Shown here: one piece after another, positions 36,387-47,566 of the stretch
Layout: the number at the start of each line of letters is the position of its first letter
Position numbering within the stretch: position 1 is the stretch's first letter
Source: a virus
Strand: one strand, 5' to 3'
Virus record (IMG/VR): IMGVR_UViG_3300045988_113168
Length of the DNA stretch: 64,000 bases
The notes under the pieces: model-generated
The model's input: only the letters and a program-made list of their open reading frames with translations
What the model was told of the DNA's origin: nothing
Database searches by the model: none
Made by a program: the position numbers and the translations under genes

Positions 36387-39300
36387 TCATACACAGAACA
36401 TCGTAGTTACATTCAAAGCCTCGGACGGATAATGGAATCCATAAACCTCGCCACTTGCTTCGACATCATAGAAATATCCTTCATAAGCGACATTCGGGCT
36501 TCGAGTATAATAAGCAACAGCTTCACCATCGGCGTTATGCTTGATACGGGAAGCGTTGTTAGTCATAAAGCTAATGGTCTGTCCTTCGTATACATACGGC
36601 TCATCAGACATAGAGGAATCCAATTCAATAGCCGAGGGGATAAAGAAGTAACAATCAGATGTAGTGATTTCTTTACTGCGGCCACCGGCAGAACTAGATA
36701 CCTTGACTTGCTTGATAAGCTGACGCCAACCAATGGGAAGCGCCTCTACAAGACGAGAATCAAGATAAGTGCGGAGAGAAGTCTTAGCCCAGCCACCGAT
36801 ATTGTTCATTGAGGTACTCAGAGCCATGGAACGACCAAGAGTCTCTTTCTGAATAAATGTCATACCACAACGGCGATTGGAATTATCACTCAGATAGTAA
36901 TCTTTGAAGTTTGCCACCTGATAGACAATATTCTCATGAGTCCATGCAGCCAACTGTCTACAAGCACCATCGCCAAGGTCTGCGTACCACAGCTTTGCCC
37001 AGTAAACAGTGCCTTTGGCATAACGCTCGTAAGCCCCATCGTCTGCCTTTGCACAGCCAAACACTAGAGTCGCCTTTGTAGAGGTGGTTCGAGTGCGGGC
37101 GACCTTGCTGTACGTAAAGGAAGAGCCATAAATATTAGAGAAATAAACATAAAGCCCATTGTCACCCTTGACATGACGGATGACCATCATATCGCGAGAA
37201 TCAGTGGCAGCTCCGTTGACAGAATCCGTACCCCATGTTGCCTTGACTCCATTCGAATTCCACAGACGGAAGCCGTTCATACCATTTGTTTCGAAACACT
37301 GAGCTAAGACAGTATTGTTAGAGTTTCCAGAGTCCATCTTATAATCGATAGCTAAAACAAAATCCCTGTCTTCATCAAACAGGGAAGTGCCAGTATCAAC
37401 ATATGTTTTCCCATCAAATACAGTGGGCTCACTAATAAATACTTTCTCAACAATATCATCATAATGGAAGTCATGCCCCATCTGAATAGTGACCTCATCC
37501 ATCGGAGTTACGACATTCTGTTCTACGCCAACTTTTTCCATTGCATAGATCTCAACAGGGCGTAAATCCCCGATCTCTTTACCATCGAAATAGCCAGACA
37601 CATACTCGCAGATGTCATAGACCGCGTTGATGTCTTTGTCTCCGGTAACATAACCACCCTTGTCCCAACCACTGAACAGGTAATACTTGAAAGCAGTCTC
37701 CTCAGTGGTGTAGCTAGGAGTATCACCGGTATAGAGGACCATCGTACCATATGGAGCAGTAGTAGTCTGAAGAACAGCACCGCGATTCAGGTAACGAACG
37801 GTGTACTGTCGCACAGATTCGGTGTATTGAGCGGTAACAGTCATATTGTCGAATACAGCTGTCAACTCGGTATCCCAGCCACTAAATGTAAAGACCGTGC
37901 TGATAGTGCTCGGGAAGGTAGGAATTGCGATGGGATTGTCAGAGCGAGTCACAGGATCAACAAACTTCGCACCCTTATCGACATACTGGATATCCAGAAC
38001 TGTCCCGTCCTTATTGACGAACGTGACAGCAAACTGAACAATCATCGTGTTGTAAGTTAGAGATAGATCAGGCCACTGGGCCTCAAACAGCTCCAGCTCC
38101 TTCTGACGAATAATCGGCACATGAACCTTGCCATCGACGACAGAATGGTCAGTATTATAGCCGTTCTCATCAAGGCCGGTCATCTCATACAGACGGTTCA
38201 GAAGGGTAGTATCTTCCAGAGTCCAATTGACACCAGTCAGGCGCACACGATTCAGAGCCGTACACTTCTCAACCATTGCCTTAGCATCAATCGTGGTACA
38301 ATTCTCAATAGTCAGCGTAGTGATATTTGCGTAATCATCAATGGAGAGTTCAGTCAGATAATTCAGATTCTTAGCGCTCAGGCTTGCGATTGCAGGCAGC
38401 TCGGCTTTCTTGACCTTGCCACCCTTAGCGAATGCAACACCAGTAATACCAGAACCACCAGCAAGGAATTCTTCCAGATTGGTGCATCCAGTCAGGCTGA
38501 TAGATTTCTTCAGGTTAGGGACATTCTGCAGATTTAAGTGCTCAAGCAGAGTGTTATTACCGACTGCAAAGTCAGTCATGTTCGTGTTGGCATATCCCTC
38601 AACGGCAGAACCAATCTTTAGGTCAGTCAGTTTTACGCCATGGCTGAAATCAACGTAGCCAGGGTAGAAACCAGAAATGTCACCAATACTCTGGATGATA
38701 GAAGCGTTGTAGACATACACCTCAGTATCGTTCATGGCAGCGATTGGGCATTTAACCTCGTAAGTCTGGCCGCGCTTACCACGCACCTTTACAGGGTTAG
38801 AGCCATAACGCACAGACACATAGGTGTCAGCATACGGAGTAATATGGAATGTACCATCCGGTTTCACACCAGCCCAGTTGGTCGGAGTATAGCCACGAAT
38901 GGTCATGTCGTCCGAAGTACAAGTAGTGCCAGTGTATTTAGAAGACATGTATTTCTCCTGATAACGCTGGAACTGACGACGCTGGTGCCGCTTATTGCCG
39001 TGCATCATAGGCAGATAGCTGGTTGTGCCATTATCTTCGTAGGTGCGGAAATACTTTCGGCGCATATCCATAATCCAGAGCTTTTCAGGCTTCACGTCCT
39101 GATAATCCTCGAACTTCTTCAGGATACGGTTAGCACTCCAAGCCAGAGCATTCTCACGGTTTACAAACATCTGCTGGAGGTCATCTGCAAACAGGTCGCG
39201 AATTTTACACCACAGCTTAGAGTCTGCCGCATTAAACACACTCTTAGTGCCGATGGTGTCTGTGTCCTCATAACCATAAGTCAGAGTCAGGCCGCCCTCG

Positions 39301-42300
39301 TTATCATTGCCCTGTGCGGTATCATTATCGTAATCGAAACAGAAGTCCCAGTGAATCAGGTCAGTGGTGTGTGGGAAGACGTTCTTTGCGCGGTTATCGA
39401 CCATCGTGTGCCGCTCAGTAAACAGGTAATGGAACAGAGCAGAGCTCTTGATGAAATGGTCTTCGAAGTGTGCCTTAAATTCCTCATCGTCTGCATTCAC
39501 GACCCAATTCTGTACAGTAATCCAAGCATTCTTAGCTGCCTGAATCTCTTCCTCGGTGCAGCTCGGGTTAATATAACGGAACTCAAAGCTGTGGTCGCCA
39601 TCCCAGGTCTCCTGTGAGAAATCACCGCTCAGAAAGCGAGTCTGTTCATCAGTGTTGTTATCGATTTCTACGATAACTTCCTTGTGATTCTCTGGATCCA
39701 TGCCCATAGTGTCACTGTTCTTCTTAGAGTTGCCAATATCACCACAAGCATAAAAATGCCACTGACCATCATGGAAGACGGTAGAGTTTGCAATATCAGT
39801 CTCCTGAATGAAAACAACACAAGGGTAGAAAGCCATCGTATCGCGTACTTTCGGATTGTCCTGCCGGGCCTTGCGCAGATACGGGTTGAAGCTATTAAAC
39901 TCATCGGCCAGCAGGGCGTTGTTTGCATTCTCAGACGAAGCAACGTTGACTTTGATATTGAAATACTTCTCAGGGACGCTATTTTCAGTCAATGCATAAG
40001 TGGATCCAGTGTTGTCATCACCAAATGTAAAACCACCCTTGCAGTTGATATCAATGTTACGGGCAGATTCGCCATAGTGGTCAGAGCTAGTACCTTGGCC
40101 CTTATGAGAACCAATAGCAGTCCAGTTATCCTCAATTGCACGACCGTTCTTATAGATCTGCTGAATAGTAGTATCAGAAACCTCATTCTTCTTGCCAGTA
40201 GTAAAGGTAGGAGCAGAGATCTTGATAACACGCAGATTCGGACATTTTTCGGCCAGTAAGTCGGGCTGCAGCTCACCACTCACATTGGTAATGTCGTTTC
40301 GAGTGTAGCGCTCAATCATCTCTTCGGCGTTCTTGGCATCTGCAATAAAGTTGTCCAGAATCTCATCGTCGGTCAAGTTCATCATGTAGGATTTCATACG
40401 GTATACAATGACATCGCAATCGGGAGAACCAATCGTAATACCAGTGGGATTCGGCTGCGTGAAGTTATCAGAGCCATCGTAAAGTTCAACACGGCAGGGA
40501 ATGCCATCGAGCCACAAAACCATTTCCCTGTACTGACTATCAGGCAGAATATTAAACTCAAACTCCATGAAGTCATCTTCACAAGTGGGCAGCTCAATAC
40601 TGTTCTGGGCGCTGGTCAGCGTGACTTTCTGTGCTTGAATATTTACGCCGATACCATTGTTCAGACAGGTAACAGCCTTAGCATCGTAGTTCTTGACATT
40701 AGTGGTCTTAAACACGAGCTTAAAGTTTTTACCCAGCTTCTTAGCATCATCTGCAAACAGCTTGTAGCTGATCGTAGCAGTCGTGCCAGCCTTAACACAG
40801 AAATAGGTATCACCATCTTCATCGATCTGATAGCCACCGTTAGACCAGTCAAAGTTATCCGAAACAGTCATCTTGGTGTTGCCATCACTCCAAAGGCGAT
40901 TAGAGTCAGCGTTGGTTCGGCCAGAGGGATTGAAATCAAAAGCCAGATTGGTCTTAACAGGTTCAATCGTAATGCCAAGGTCTTCGATAACGACAGTAAT
41001 GGTCTTGGTAGTAGCACCACAAGTAATTTCCAGAGTATGAGAACCGATATCAGCCGATTTAAAACTCCAAGTCTGCGCAGTGCGGCCAACGGTCAATGTA
41101 CTGACAACAGAGCCATCAACACTCAGCTTTACGGTAGTGGTAGAACTTGCCGGGTCATACACGGTGTAAACAATACCAATCGTACTGTACTGCTTAGTCG
41201 TATATTTCTGAACGGCGCAGCTGATAATTGGAGTGCTCGTACCCTCAGAGACCCACATAATGTCTTTGTAGATGGTATTGCTTGTGACCTGTTTACCGTT
41301 GATTTCGGCGGTCATAGAGACTTCCAACAGGTGAGCACCATGAGATTGTGCGGGCAGGGTGTATGTCATCTGACGGCCAGTAACGGCAGTAGAAGTAGTA
41401 CCGATACGACGGCCATCCAGTGTGAAAATAATAGTCTTGGAAATGTTACCATACGGGGTAAAACGGAATGTCACATCGCCGCTGTAAGTCAGCGTGTCAT
41501 CAAAAATGCTCTCAAGGTAGAACTCGACGATATTGATAGACCAGTTCTTTGTACCCATGGAACCAACCGAGTCGGTCACCTGAAGCTTGACGGTATTATC
41601 GCCACTATGTAGATACTGGGTAATATCGAAACTGTTCTTGCCCTGAACGATCGTCTGTGTAGCAACCTTTGTATTACCGACGTACCAGACACCAGTAGCA
41701 TTACCAGTATCATCGCCAGAGTTATCTACAGAGGTAAAATTGAAGTTAATGACTGCAGCATCGCCAGAAATAACAGTCAGAGAGGAACCGTCCAGACGCT
41801 CGATGGTAATGGTAGACGTACCACCAGTACCACCGCTGCCGCCTTGAATGATAACAGTGGTTTTAACGCCACCATTCTCCAACAGACTCAGCTTGGAATC
41901 TTCGTAAGTGATATCGTACTCACGGCCAGAATTCTCATCGGGTTTGAAGCTTTTCAGAGTCTCCTGAATCTCTGCGATGTCAGCGTTGGCCGTATCAACG
42001 GTAGACTGGACGGTCTCGATGTTCTTTTTGACAGTGCCCAGCTCATTCGTAAAGCCCTCAATGCTGGTTTTGTCTGCCTTTTTGTCGAGCAGAGCGTCAG
42101 TTGCTTCCTTATTATAATAGTCAGTCTGAAGTGTAGTCGGCAGGTCACCAATCTCAGTCTTCAGGTCAGTTATAGTCTGCTTTGTCTCATCCAGCTCAGC
42201 CTGGATAGGGGAGAGCGCATCACTGATTCGTGCATCGACAGTCTTATTGTAGGAAGTAACCCAGGCAGCACTCGGGTCAGTTGTCAGAGTAATCCGCTTG

Positions 42301-43160
42301 ATCTCAGTCTGGCCGTTCATGAACTGGATGACCTGAGTTTCGGGAGTGTACTTAACATCAAAGTTTGCCAGACCACTTACATCATCAAGCTGATCTTTCA
42401 GCAGATTAACAAAGCCATCGACTTCAGACTTGTTGTAATAATTCTTTGCAATACTTGCTACTGCATCCTGTGCATTCTGAGCGCTCTGTTTTGCGGAATC
42501 AGCAGCGGCCTGAGCTTCGCCAACTTTCTGAGTCATGGTAGCCAGGAAAGAGGTGTACCAGTCATCACCAGTCGGGTCGGTCATCTTCTTGCCAGCCAGA
42601 GACTTAATAACAGTCAGTTTGCCATTGGGCTGAGAACGCCACAAGTAGCTCTTAGTCGTGCCAGAATTCGGAATCGTAACCGCACCACTTGCCATCAACT
42701 CAAAGCTCAGAGTGCCATCTTTTGCGGTGGCATTATCGCTCAGCAGCCAACCAAAGTGGATTTTAGAGTCACTGTAGCTCACATTGATAGGAGCTGCATA
42801 ATTCTCTTCGTTGTCTGCATTGAGATAATGAACTTGAATCGTCATCTGCATCAGGTCAATACCATCATAATAGCGAGGCATCTCAAACGGGACAATCTGA
42901 CCGTTATTTTCCTGAGTGACGTTGGCTTGCGTGCCGCTCACTGTGATATTACGGTTACTATCGATCGTGGAGTAATCTGTATCTTCATAGTTGTCGATCC
43001 AGACGTACTTATCACTTCGAGTAAAACCAGCATCCACAAAAGCGAGTGTGTCAATGCCGTCCACAGCTACCGCCATAGGGGCAATAGGAGTTTCCAGCGT
43101 TTTAATATCGTTTGTCGGTACAGCAGTTTTCTGTATCGATTTTTTAAATGATAATGCCAT
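36387..43160 (-). CDS. Giant (2257 aa) host-recognition/adhesin-like tail protein
   Basis: RBS AAGGAG. N-terminal coiled coil, Ig-like repeats, leucine-rich repeats (…LEHLNLQNVPNLKKSISLTGCTNLEEF…), and a LamG-like block (FVLAIDYKMD…WAKLWYADL). Confidence 0.7.
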   Translation of the reverse strand: MALSFKKSIQKTAVPTNDIKTLETPIAPMAVAVDGIDTLAFVDAGFTRSDKYVWIDNYEDTDYSTIDSNRNITVSGTQANVTQENNGQIVPFEMPRYYDGIDLMQMTIQVHYLNADNEENYAAPINVSYSDSKIHFGWLLSDNATAKDGTLSFELMASGAVTIPNSGTTKSYLWRSQPNGKLTVIKSLAGKKMTDPTGDDWYTSFLATMTQKVGEAQAAADSAKQSAQNAQDAVASIAKNYYNKSEVDGFVNLLKDQLDDVSGLANFDVKYTPETQVIQFMNGQTEIKRITLTTDPSAAWVTSYNKTVDARISDALSPIQAELDETKQTITDLKTEIGDLPTTLQTDYYNKEATDALLDKKADKTSIEGFTNELGTVKKNIETVQSTVDTANADIAEIQETLKSFKPDENSGREYDITYEDSKLSLLENGGVKTTVIIQGGSGGTGGTSTITIERLDGSSLTVISGDAAVINFNFTSVDNSGDDTGNATGVWYVGNTKVATQTIVQGKNSFDITQYLHSGDNTVKLQVTDSVGSMGTKNWSINIVEFYLESIFDDTLTYSGDVTFRFTPYGNISKTIIFTLDGRRIGTTSTAVTGRQMTYTLPAQSHGAHLLEVSMTAEINGKQVTSNTIYKDIMWVSEGTSTPIISCAVQKYTTKQYSTIGIVYTVYDPASSTTTVKLSVDGSVVSTLTVGRTAQTWSFKSADIGSHTLEITCGATTKTITVVIEDLGITIEPVKTNLAFDFNPSGRTNADSNRLWSDGNTKMTVSDNFDWSNGGYQIDEDGDTYFCVKAGTTATISYKLFADDAKKLGKNFKLVFKTTNVKNYDAKAVTCLNNGIGVNIQAQKVTLTSAQNSIELPTCEDDFMEFEFNILPDSQYREMVLWLDGIPCRVELYDGSDNFTQPNPTGITIGSPDCDVIVYRMKSYMMNLTDDEILDNFIADAKNAEEMIERYTRNDITNVSGELQPDLLAEKCPNLRVIKISAPTFTTGKKNEVSDTTIQQIYKNGRAIEDNWTAIGSHKGQGTSSDHYGESARNIDINCKGGFTFGDDNTGSTYALTENSVPEKYFNIKVNVASSENANNALLADEFNSFNPYLRKARQDNPKVRDTMAFYPCVVFIQETDIANSTVFHDGQWHFYACGDIGNSKKNSDTMGMDPENHKEVIVEIDNNTDEQTRFLSGDFSQETWDGDHSFEFRYINPSCTEEEIQAAKNAWITVQNWVVNADDEEFKAHFEDHFIKSSALFHYLFTERHTMVDNRAKNVFPHTTDLIHWDFCFDYDNDTAQGNDNEGGLTLTYGYEDTDTIGTKSVFNAADSKLWCKIRDLFADDLQQMFVNRENALAWSANRILKKFEDYQDVKPEKLWIMDMRRKYFRTYEDNGTTSYLPMMHGNKRHQRRQFQRYQEKYMSSKYTGTTCTSDDMTIRGYTPTNWAGVKPDGTFHITPYADTYVSVRYGSNPVKVRGKRGQTYEVKCPIAAMNDTEVYVYNASIIQSIGDISGFYPGYVDFSHGVKLTDLKIGSAVEGYANTNMTDFAVGNNTLLEHLNLQNVPNLKKSISLTGCTNLEEFLAGGSGITGVAFAKGGKVKKAELPAIASLSAKNLNYLTELSIDDYANITTLTIENCTTIDAKAMVEKCTALNRVRLTGVNWTLEDTTLLNRLYEMTGLDENGYNTDHSVVDGKVHVPIIRQKELELFEAQWPDLSLTYNTMIVQFAVTFVNKDGTVLDIQYVDKGAKFVDPVTRSDNPIAIPTFPSTISTVFTFSGWDTELTAVFDNMTVTAQYTESVRQYTVRYLNRGAVLQTTTAPYGTMVLYTGDTPSYTTEETAFKYYLFSGWDKGGYVTGDKDINAVYDICEYVSGYFDGKEIGDLRPVEIYAMEKVGVEQNVVTPMDEVTIQMGHDFHYDDIVEKVFISEPTVFDGKTYVDTGTSLFDEDRDFVLAIDYKMDSGNSNNTVLAQCFETNGMNGFRLWNSNGVKATWGTDSVNGAATDSRDMMVIRHVKGDNGLYVYFSNIYGSSFTYSKVARTRTTSTKATLVFGCAKADDGAYERYAKGTVYWAKLWYADLGDGACRQLAAWTHENIVYQVANFKDYYLSDNSNRRCGMTFIQKETLGRSMALSTSMNNIGGWAKTSLRTYLDSRLVEALPIGWRQLIKQVKVSSSAGGRSKEITTSDCYFFIPSAIELDSSMSDEPYVYEGQTISFMTNNASRIKHNADGEAVAYYTRSPNVAYEGYFYDVEASGEVYGFHYPSEALNVTTMFCV

Positions 43161-43184
43161 TTACTCACTCCTTTTCTTATATAA

Positions 43185-45698
43185 TCAAGTGGTCGATGGG
43201 TTATTGTTCTTATTCACGTCAGAGCGTAAATCAGGGAAGTATTGGTCAAGCATCCAGTCTTGATAGAGGTTATATTTACTTTCCTCTCCATTGTGGCCTA
43301 CAATATAGGGGTAATAGGGGAAATAGCGGCTCATTGTCAGAGACATTGTGCCCTCTCCAAGATTGATACTAAAGTTCTTAATGATCCAATCGACCGGAGT
43401 TTTACTGTTCAAATATTTTGCTGCATATTGAATTTTTTCGTTTACATCGAGCCACGGAACTAACAAAATAGGCACCACCAACCCATCGGTTAATCGTGCC
43501 TTCTTCCATAATTCATATTTAGCAACTTCCATTGCCTTTTCATCCGTGGTATAGTTGTCATAGTCTCCGCCCGAAAGTATTTCATTGCGACGACCAATTT
43601 TTTCAATTGAGAATTTTGCGTTATACAAATCATCGATATTGTCTGGATCAGTCATGCAGACATATTCAAGATTATCGCAGTTTTCTTCTTTTTTTTCTGC
43701 GGCAAGTTTATCGCCGGTCGGTACAGTATCTACCAATTTGACCATAGCATGAGATTGCTGCTGCCCAATAAAATAGAAGTGCTTTGTATCAGGGAACCAC
43801 TGAATGACATAATACTTTCCCGCTTCCATGATAGAAGGTTCCTGCTCAACGTCGTTACCATCAGCGTTAGGAACAGATTTATAAAGCAGGGAAGTTTTTG
43901 TTGTAGTCTTCTGTTCAGTCCCGCCACCTCCATCGGCCTTAACTTCTGTTGTCACAAAATTAACAATTATATTCAAGGTTTTGCTTGTGATTTTTGCAGG
44001 CATGATAAACGATATATTCGCTTCATCATCAACAGCAAGTTCTTTTACGGTCAGTGTAAGAGAATTCTTTTCGGAAGAATAAGTTGCAGTCGAAGAATAT
44101 GCGTCAGAATCGATTGTAGCACCAAACACTTCAACACAGTTTCGAACCGTAGAATAATCCACTGTGGCCGACTCACCATCTGCCGTCACCAAACTTGCAA
44201 ATAAATCTGGGTCGAGTACAGGCGGGTCATCAAATCCACTCGGAATTTCGTGACATACGAACACGTCATCATCGAAATACATCTCAAATGGATAGTAGAG
44301 GTCGCGCAACTCAGTCAAAATCTGCCACAAAGTTGTACCAGTCTCATATTCCAAATCGTAGGGAACATTACGCGTCCAATAATCAATCACGCATTTGCTA
44401 AACTCGCTCATCGGCTGTTCAGTTAAGACTGTTTTAATAACAGGAGCGATACGTGTTCCTTTGTTGATTTTTGTTTTTAGACCAGTCAACTGTCCAGCCA
44501 AATCGCCATTCAGTCGCGCCACAAGATCTACGCAAGAGCATTGCACTGTATTCGTAGTTGCGTTATATGTAAATCCATTTGACGAGATAGAAAAGCAACC
44601 TTGATTAAACCAGTGAACGTCTTGATTTTTAGAAAATACATTTATACGTTGCACAGATACTTTTTCGAATTCTTTATTGAACGACTCATTAAGCTTCTTC
44701 TTCGCTTGAATAACCTCGTCTTGAACATCGTGCATAGAATAACCAACATAAATGCTAGTAGTACCGTATTCTTCTTGAAGCTCTTTTTCACTCCAACCAG
44801 CAATAGCACTGACATCAGCAGCAGATAACATACTACCGTTTACTGTTTGTCCCTGTATTGCGGCAATCATATTATGAACCTTAACAGATTTTCCCCAAAG
44901 TGTCATAGAAATACCTGTTTTATCTTTGAGTAGAATCGTAGCCGGATCGGTAGATGTACCAATAACTCTAGAAAGGTACTTGGATATTTCTGAATTACAT
45001 AGAGGGATTAAATCACCATCATCAGGTTGAAAAAGAGGAGTGTATGCAATTTGTAGACCATTAAATTTATCGTCGCAACCAAGAACAGTAGAATAATCTC
45101 CTTTATTGATTATGGCTTCCGGGTCTGGTTCAAATGCTTTTTTGAATTCTGAAAAAACTAAAGAACTAAGCCATTTCCCTATGGTATTTACAAAAGTCGT
45201 CTCACCATTCATCTCCTTTACAAATTTAGAATAGTAAGACATATTGTCATCGTTCCATTCAATCACGCCACGATTGATGTTGTCGATATTCCCGTATTTT
45301 GCATGACCTTCTTGAGTGATTTTTGAAACTAAAGCATTATATTCTGCTTTGGCTTTTTTATATCCAGCAGATTCTTTTGTCTTTTTTTCAAGTTCTGGGT
45401 ACGAGAGGGAAGTAGTTTTGGCTCTTCCTTTTAGTCCGATAAAAACACGAACATTTTTGCTTATCCAGTCCTCCTCATCAAAAGCGGAGACAACACTCTT
45501 TTTGCCGAGATACAACGTAGTATTAAAGGTGCGACGAATGTCTGACTCCGAATCAACACTTACAGTTCCATCAATCGCAATGCCTTCCAAAGAATCTACA
45601 GTTGCGAAATCTTTGTCCAATAAATCAATGCGACAATATATATGAGGAGAATGGCTTTTTAAAAGAGCGAGGTCTTCATCTGTAGGTAAGTACTTCAT
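43185..45698 (-). CDS. Tal-like tail tip/baseplate hub protein
   Basis: 837 aa. RBS GGAGGT. ATGA overlap with the upstream Dit-like gene. The call rests on position and size. Confidence 0.55.
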   Translation of the reverse strand: MKYLPTDEDLALLKSHSPHIYCRIDLLDKDFATVDSLEGIAIDGTVSVDSESDIRRTFNTTLYLGKKSVVSAFDEEDWISKNVRVFIGLKGRAKTTSLSYPELEKKTKESAGYKKAKAEYNALVSKITQEGHAKYGNIDNINRGVIEWNDDNMSYYSKFVKEMNGETTFVNTIGKWLSSLVFSEFKKAFEPDPEAIINKGDYSTVLGCDDKFNGLQIAYTPLFQPDDGDLIPLCNSEISKYLSRVIGTSTDPATILLKDKTGISMTLWGKSVKVHNMIAAIQGQTVNGSMLSAADVSAIAGWSEKELQEEYGTTSIYVGYSMHDVQDEVIQAKKKLNESFNKEFEKVSVQRINVFSKNQDVHWFNQGCFSISSNGFTYNATTNTVQCSCVDLVARLNGDLAGQLTGLKTKINKGTRIAPVIKTVLTEQPMSEFSKCVIDYWTRNVPYDLEYETGTTLWQILTELRDLYYPFEMYFDDDVFVCHEIPSGFDDPPVLDPDLFASLVTADGESATVDYSTVRNCVEVFGATIDSDAYSSTATYSSEKNSLTLTVKELAVDDEANISFIMPAKITSKTLNIIVNFVTTEVKADGGGGTEQKTTTKTSLLYKSVPNADGNDVEQEPSIMEAGKYYVIQWFPDTKHFYFIGQQQSHAMVKLVDTVPTGDKLAAEKKEENCDNLEYVCMTDPDNIDDLYNAKFSIEKIGRRNEILSGGDYDNYTTDEKAMEVAKYELWKKARLTDGLVVPILLVPWLDVNEKIQYAAKYLNSKTPVDWIIKNFSINLGEGTMSLTMSRYFPYYPYIVGHNGEESKYNLYQDWMLDQYFPDLRSDVNKNNNPSTT

Positions 45699-46357
45699 GT
45701 TGTACCTCCTACCGGCAAATATTCGCTCAGTCCATTACTGTACATATCATCTTCACTCTCAATAGATCCGATTTCGACAAAGTTGAAACTCAACGTACCT
45801 TTGTCATAATGCTCAGAACAACTTGTAGTAACACTGCCATTTACTCCAATTAGCCACTCACGCCCATCAAACATTTTGAGAACTTTTGCGTCTCCGTTAG
45901 TAAGCCATGCTGAGATTTCTTTACGGTAATCATTTCCACCGTCAACATCAAATTCATCTTGAGCCATATCGAATTCAATACCAACACCCGAAAAATCACC
46001 AGAATAATAGTTCGCTTCATTGCCAAAATACAGATAGGGGTATTTGCTACTCATGGTTTCGACGATAGAAGCAGTGCGTTTTAGCTCAACACTGTCTACC
46101 TTTGGCTCAAGAAGAATGTGATAAGATGTTTCTCCATCTGTAATAATTGCGCCATCAAATTCACTGACTACTATCTTTTTAACATAGCCCTTTTCAATAG
46201 TATTAACAACAGGAGACACAGCATATTCATAAGGCTGTTTGCGCCCAGCCGCATACCAGTCAGTGTGTTCCATTATGACATATCCGGTATTTTCTGAATG
46301 CAATTTTATTCCATGAATAGTATCAGAGAATGGTTTAGTGACGTTCTTTTCGGGCAT
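45695..46357 (-). CDS. Dit-like distal tail protein (possibly the C-terminal part of a TAG-readthrough fusion with 46466-47551)
   Basis: 220 aa. Only a weak AGGA upstream. In frame with the upstream ORF across two TAGs. Confidence 0.55.
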   Translation of the reverse strand: MPEKNVTKPFSDTIHGIKLHSENTGYVIMEHTDWYAAGRKQPYEYAVSPVVNTIEKGYVKKIVVSEFDGAIITDGETSYHILLEPKVDSVELKRTASIVETMSSKYPYLYFGNEANYYSGDFSGVGIEFDMAQDEFDVDGGNDYRKEISAWLTNGDAKVLKMFDGREWLIGVNGSVTTSCSEHYDKGTLSFNFVEIGSIESEDDMYSNGLSEYLPVGGTT

Positions 46358-46465
46358 GACGCTAATCCTAAAATACGCGATAATATTCTTATAATTTACA
46401 TTCCAAGATGATTTATTCTAAGTTCCAACATTTCGTGTCTTGTTAAGCATTGCAGAAATCGATTT

Positions 46466-47551
46466 CTATAGGTTTTTCATAAAAGAACTAAGAGAGGAAA
46501 AACGATCCAATGCTTCATTATAGGTATATTCTTTTCCGTCGGAATAATATTTAATGCTTGTTTCCGTATAGCCTAAGAATTTTTGGTTTTTGTCATATGC
46601 TATAATTCTAGCAATATATCCATCAGCCGATATTTCGACTGACTTTAAATCACTTGCCGGGATTAGATTAGTGCTCATTGAGATGTTATCTGTAGTAAAT
46701 ACTCCACTTTGACTAACATAGCCATTTGACCAGTTGGGCAATAAGAGCAAATCGTTTGATAAATCAACTTGTTTTTCATAAATAGTCATCCATGTGGTAT
46801 CTAAAGGCTTTTTGCGCTTAAACCGAAGATGAGTAATGTCACTCTTCACATTGGCTGGATATTTTGCAAAAAGGTTAATACAACCACGCCATTTATCGTT
46901 TCCTGCATCAAAAATTACTCCATCAATTTGTTCACTATATTTCGTCTTAAACTGTTTGAACCCAGTATCAAGCTGGTAACCTCCAATTGATTCTGCTTTA
47001 GCACGAACATAATAAACGCTATTATTGTCAAGGCCATCAACATAAAAACTCTTCATAGAGTCACGGTGATAAAAACATTGTGACTTTTTGATTTCGTTTT
47101 TATTAGAGTCATAAAGATAATATTCATATCTATTGATAACTTCACCCTCAGCCGTTTTGTAGGTATAATCACAATCAAAAGAGTATGAAGGTGTAAAGAT
47201 AATTTTAGAAGAGGAAATGTCGGAGAATGCCCTGAATTTAATGGAAGGTTTCTCGTGACAATAAAACAGAATCTTGTCACTATATTCGCTGAAAGTGTTC
47301 GTACCAGTTAATCTGCAACGAATCATGATATAATAAGGGTCATGCTGATTTACAAGGACCCCACCTTTAATTACAAATTGTCGAGCTAGGCCAGTTCCAG
47401 TGGGAGCTACTGTGCCAAATTTATAAACAGTGCTATCTTTTGACTTGAAGACGATATAGGCAACTAAGTCAATATCGGCATATGCTCCGAACTGGAATGA
47501 AGCGTCTTCGTTAGCACTAAATACATTGATTTTTGATAGAATTGGTTTCAC
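46466..47551 (-). CDS. Tail structural protein ending at TAG 46466-46468
   Basis: GTG start after GGAGGTGA. 361 aa. Confidence 0.6.
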   Translation of the reverse strand: MKPILSKINVFSANEDASFQFGAYADIDLVAYIVFKSKDSTVYKFGTVAPTGTGLARQFVIKGGVLVNQHDPYYIMIRCRLTGTNTFSEYSDKILFYCHEKPSIKFRAFSDISSSKIIFTPSYSFDCDYTYKTAEGEVINRYEYYLYDSNKNEIKKSQCFYHRDSMKSFYVDGLDNNSVYYVRAKAESIGGYQLDTGFKQFKTKYSEQIDGVIFDAGNDKWRGCINLFAKYPANVKSDITHLRFKRKKPLDTTWMTIYEKQVDLSNDLLLLPNWSNGYVSQSGVFTTDNISMSTNLIPASDLKSVEISADGYIARIIAYDKNQKFLGYTETSIKYYSDGKEYTYNEALDRFSSLSSFMKNL

Positions 47552-47566
47552 TGTATCACCTCCAAG

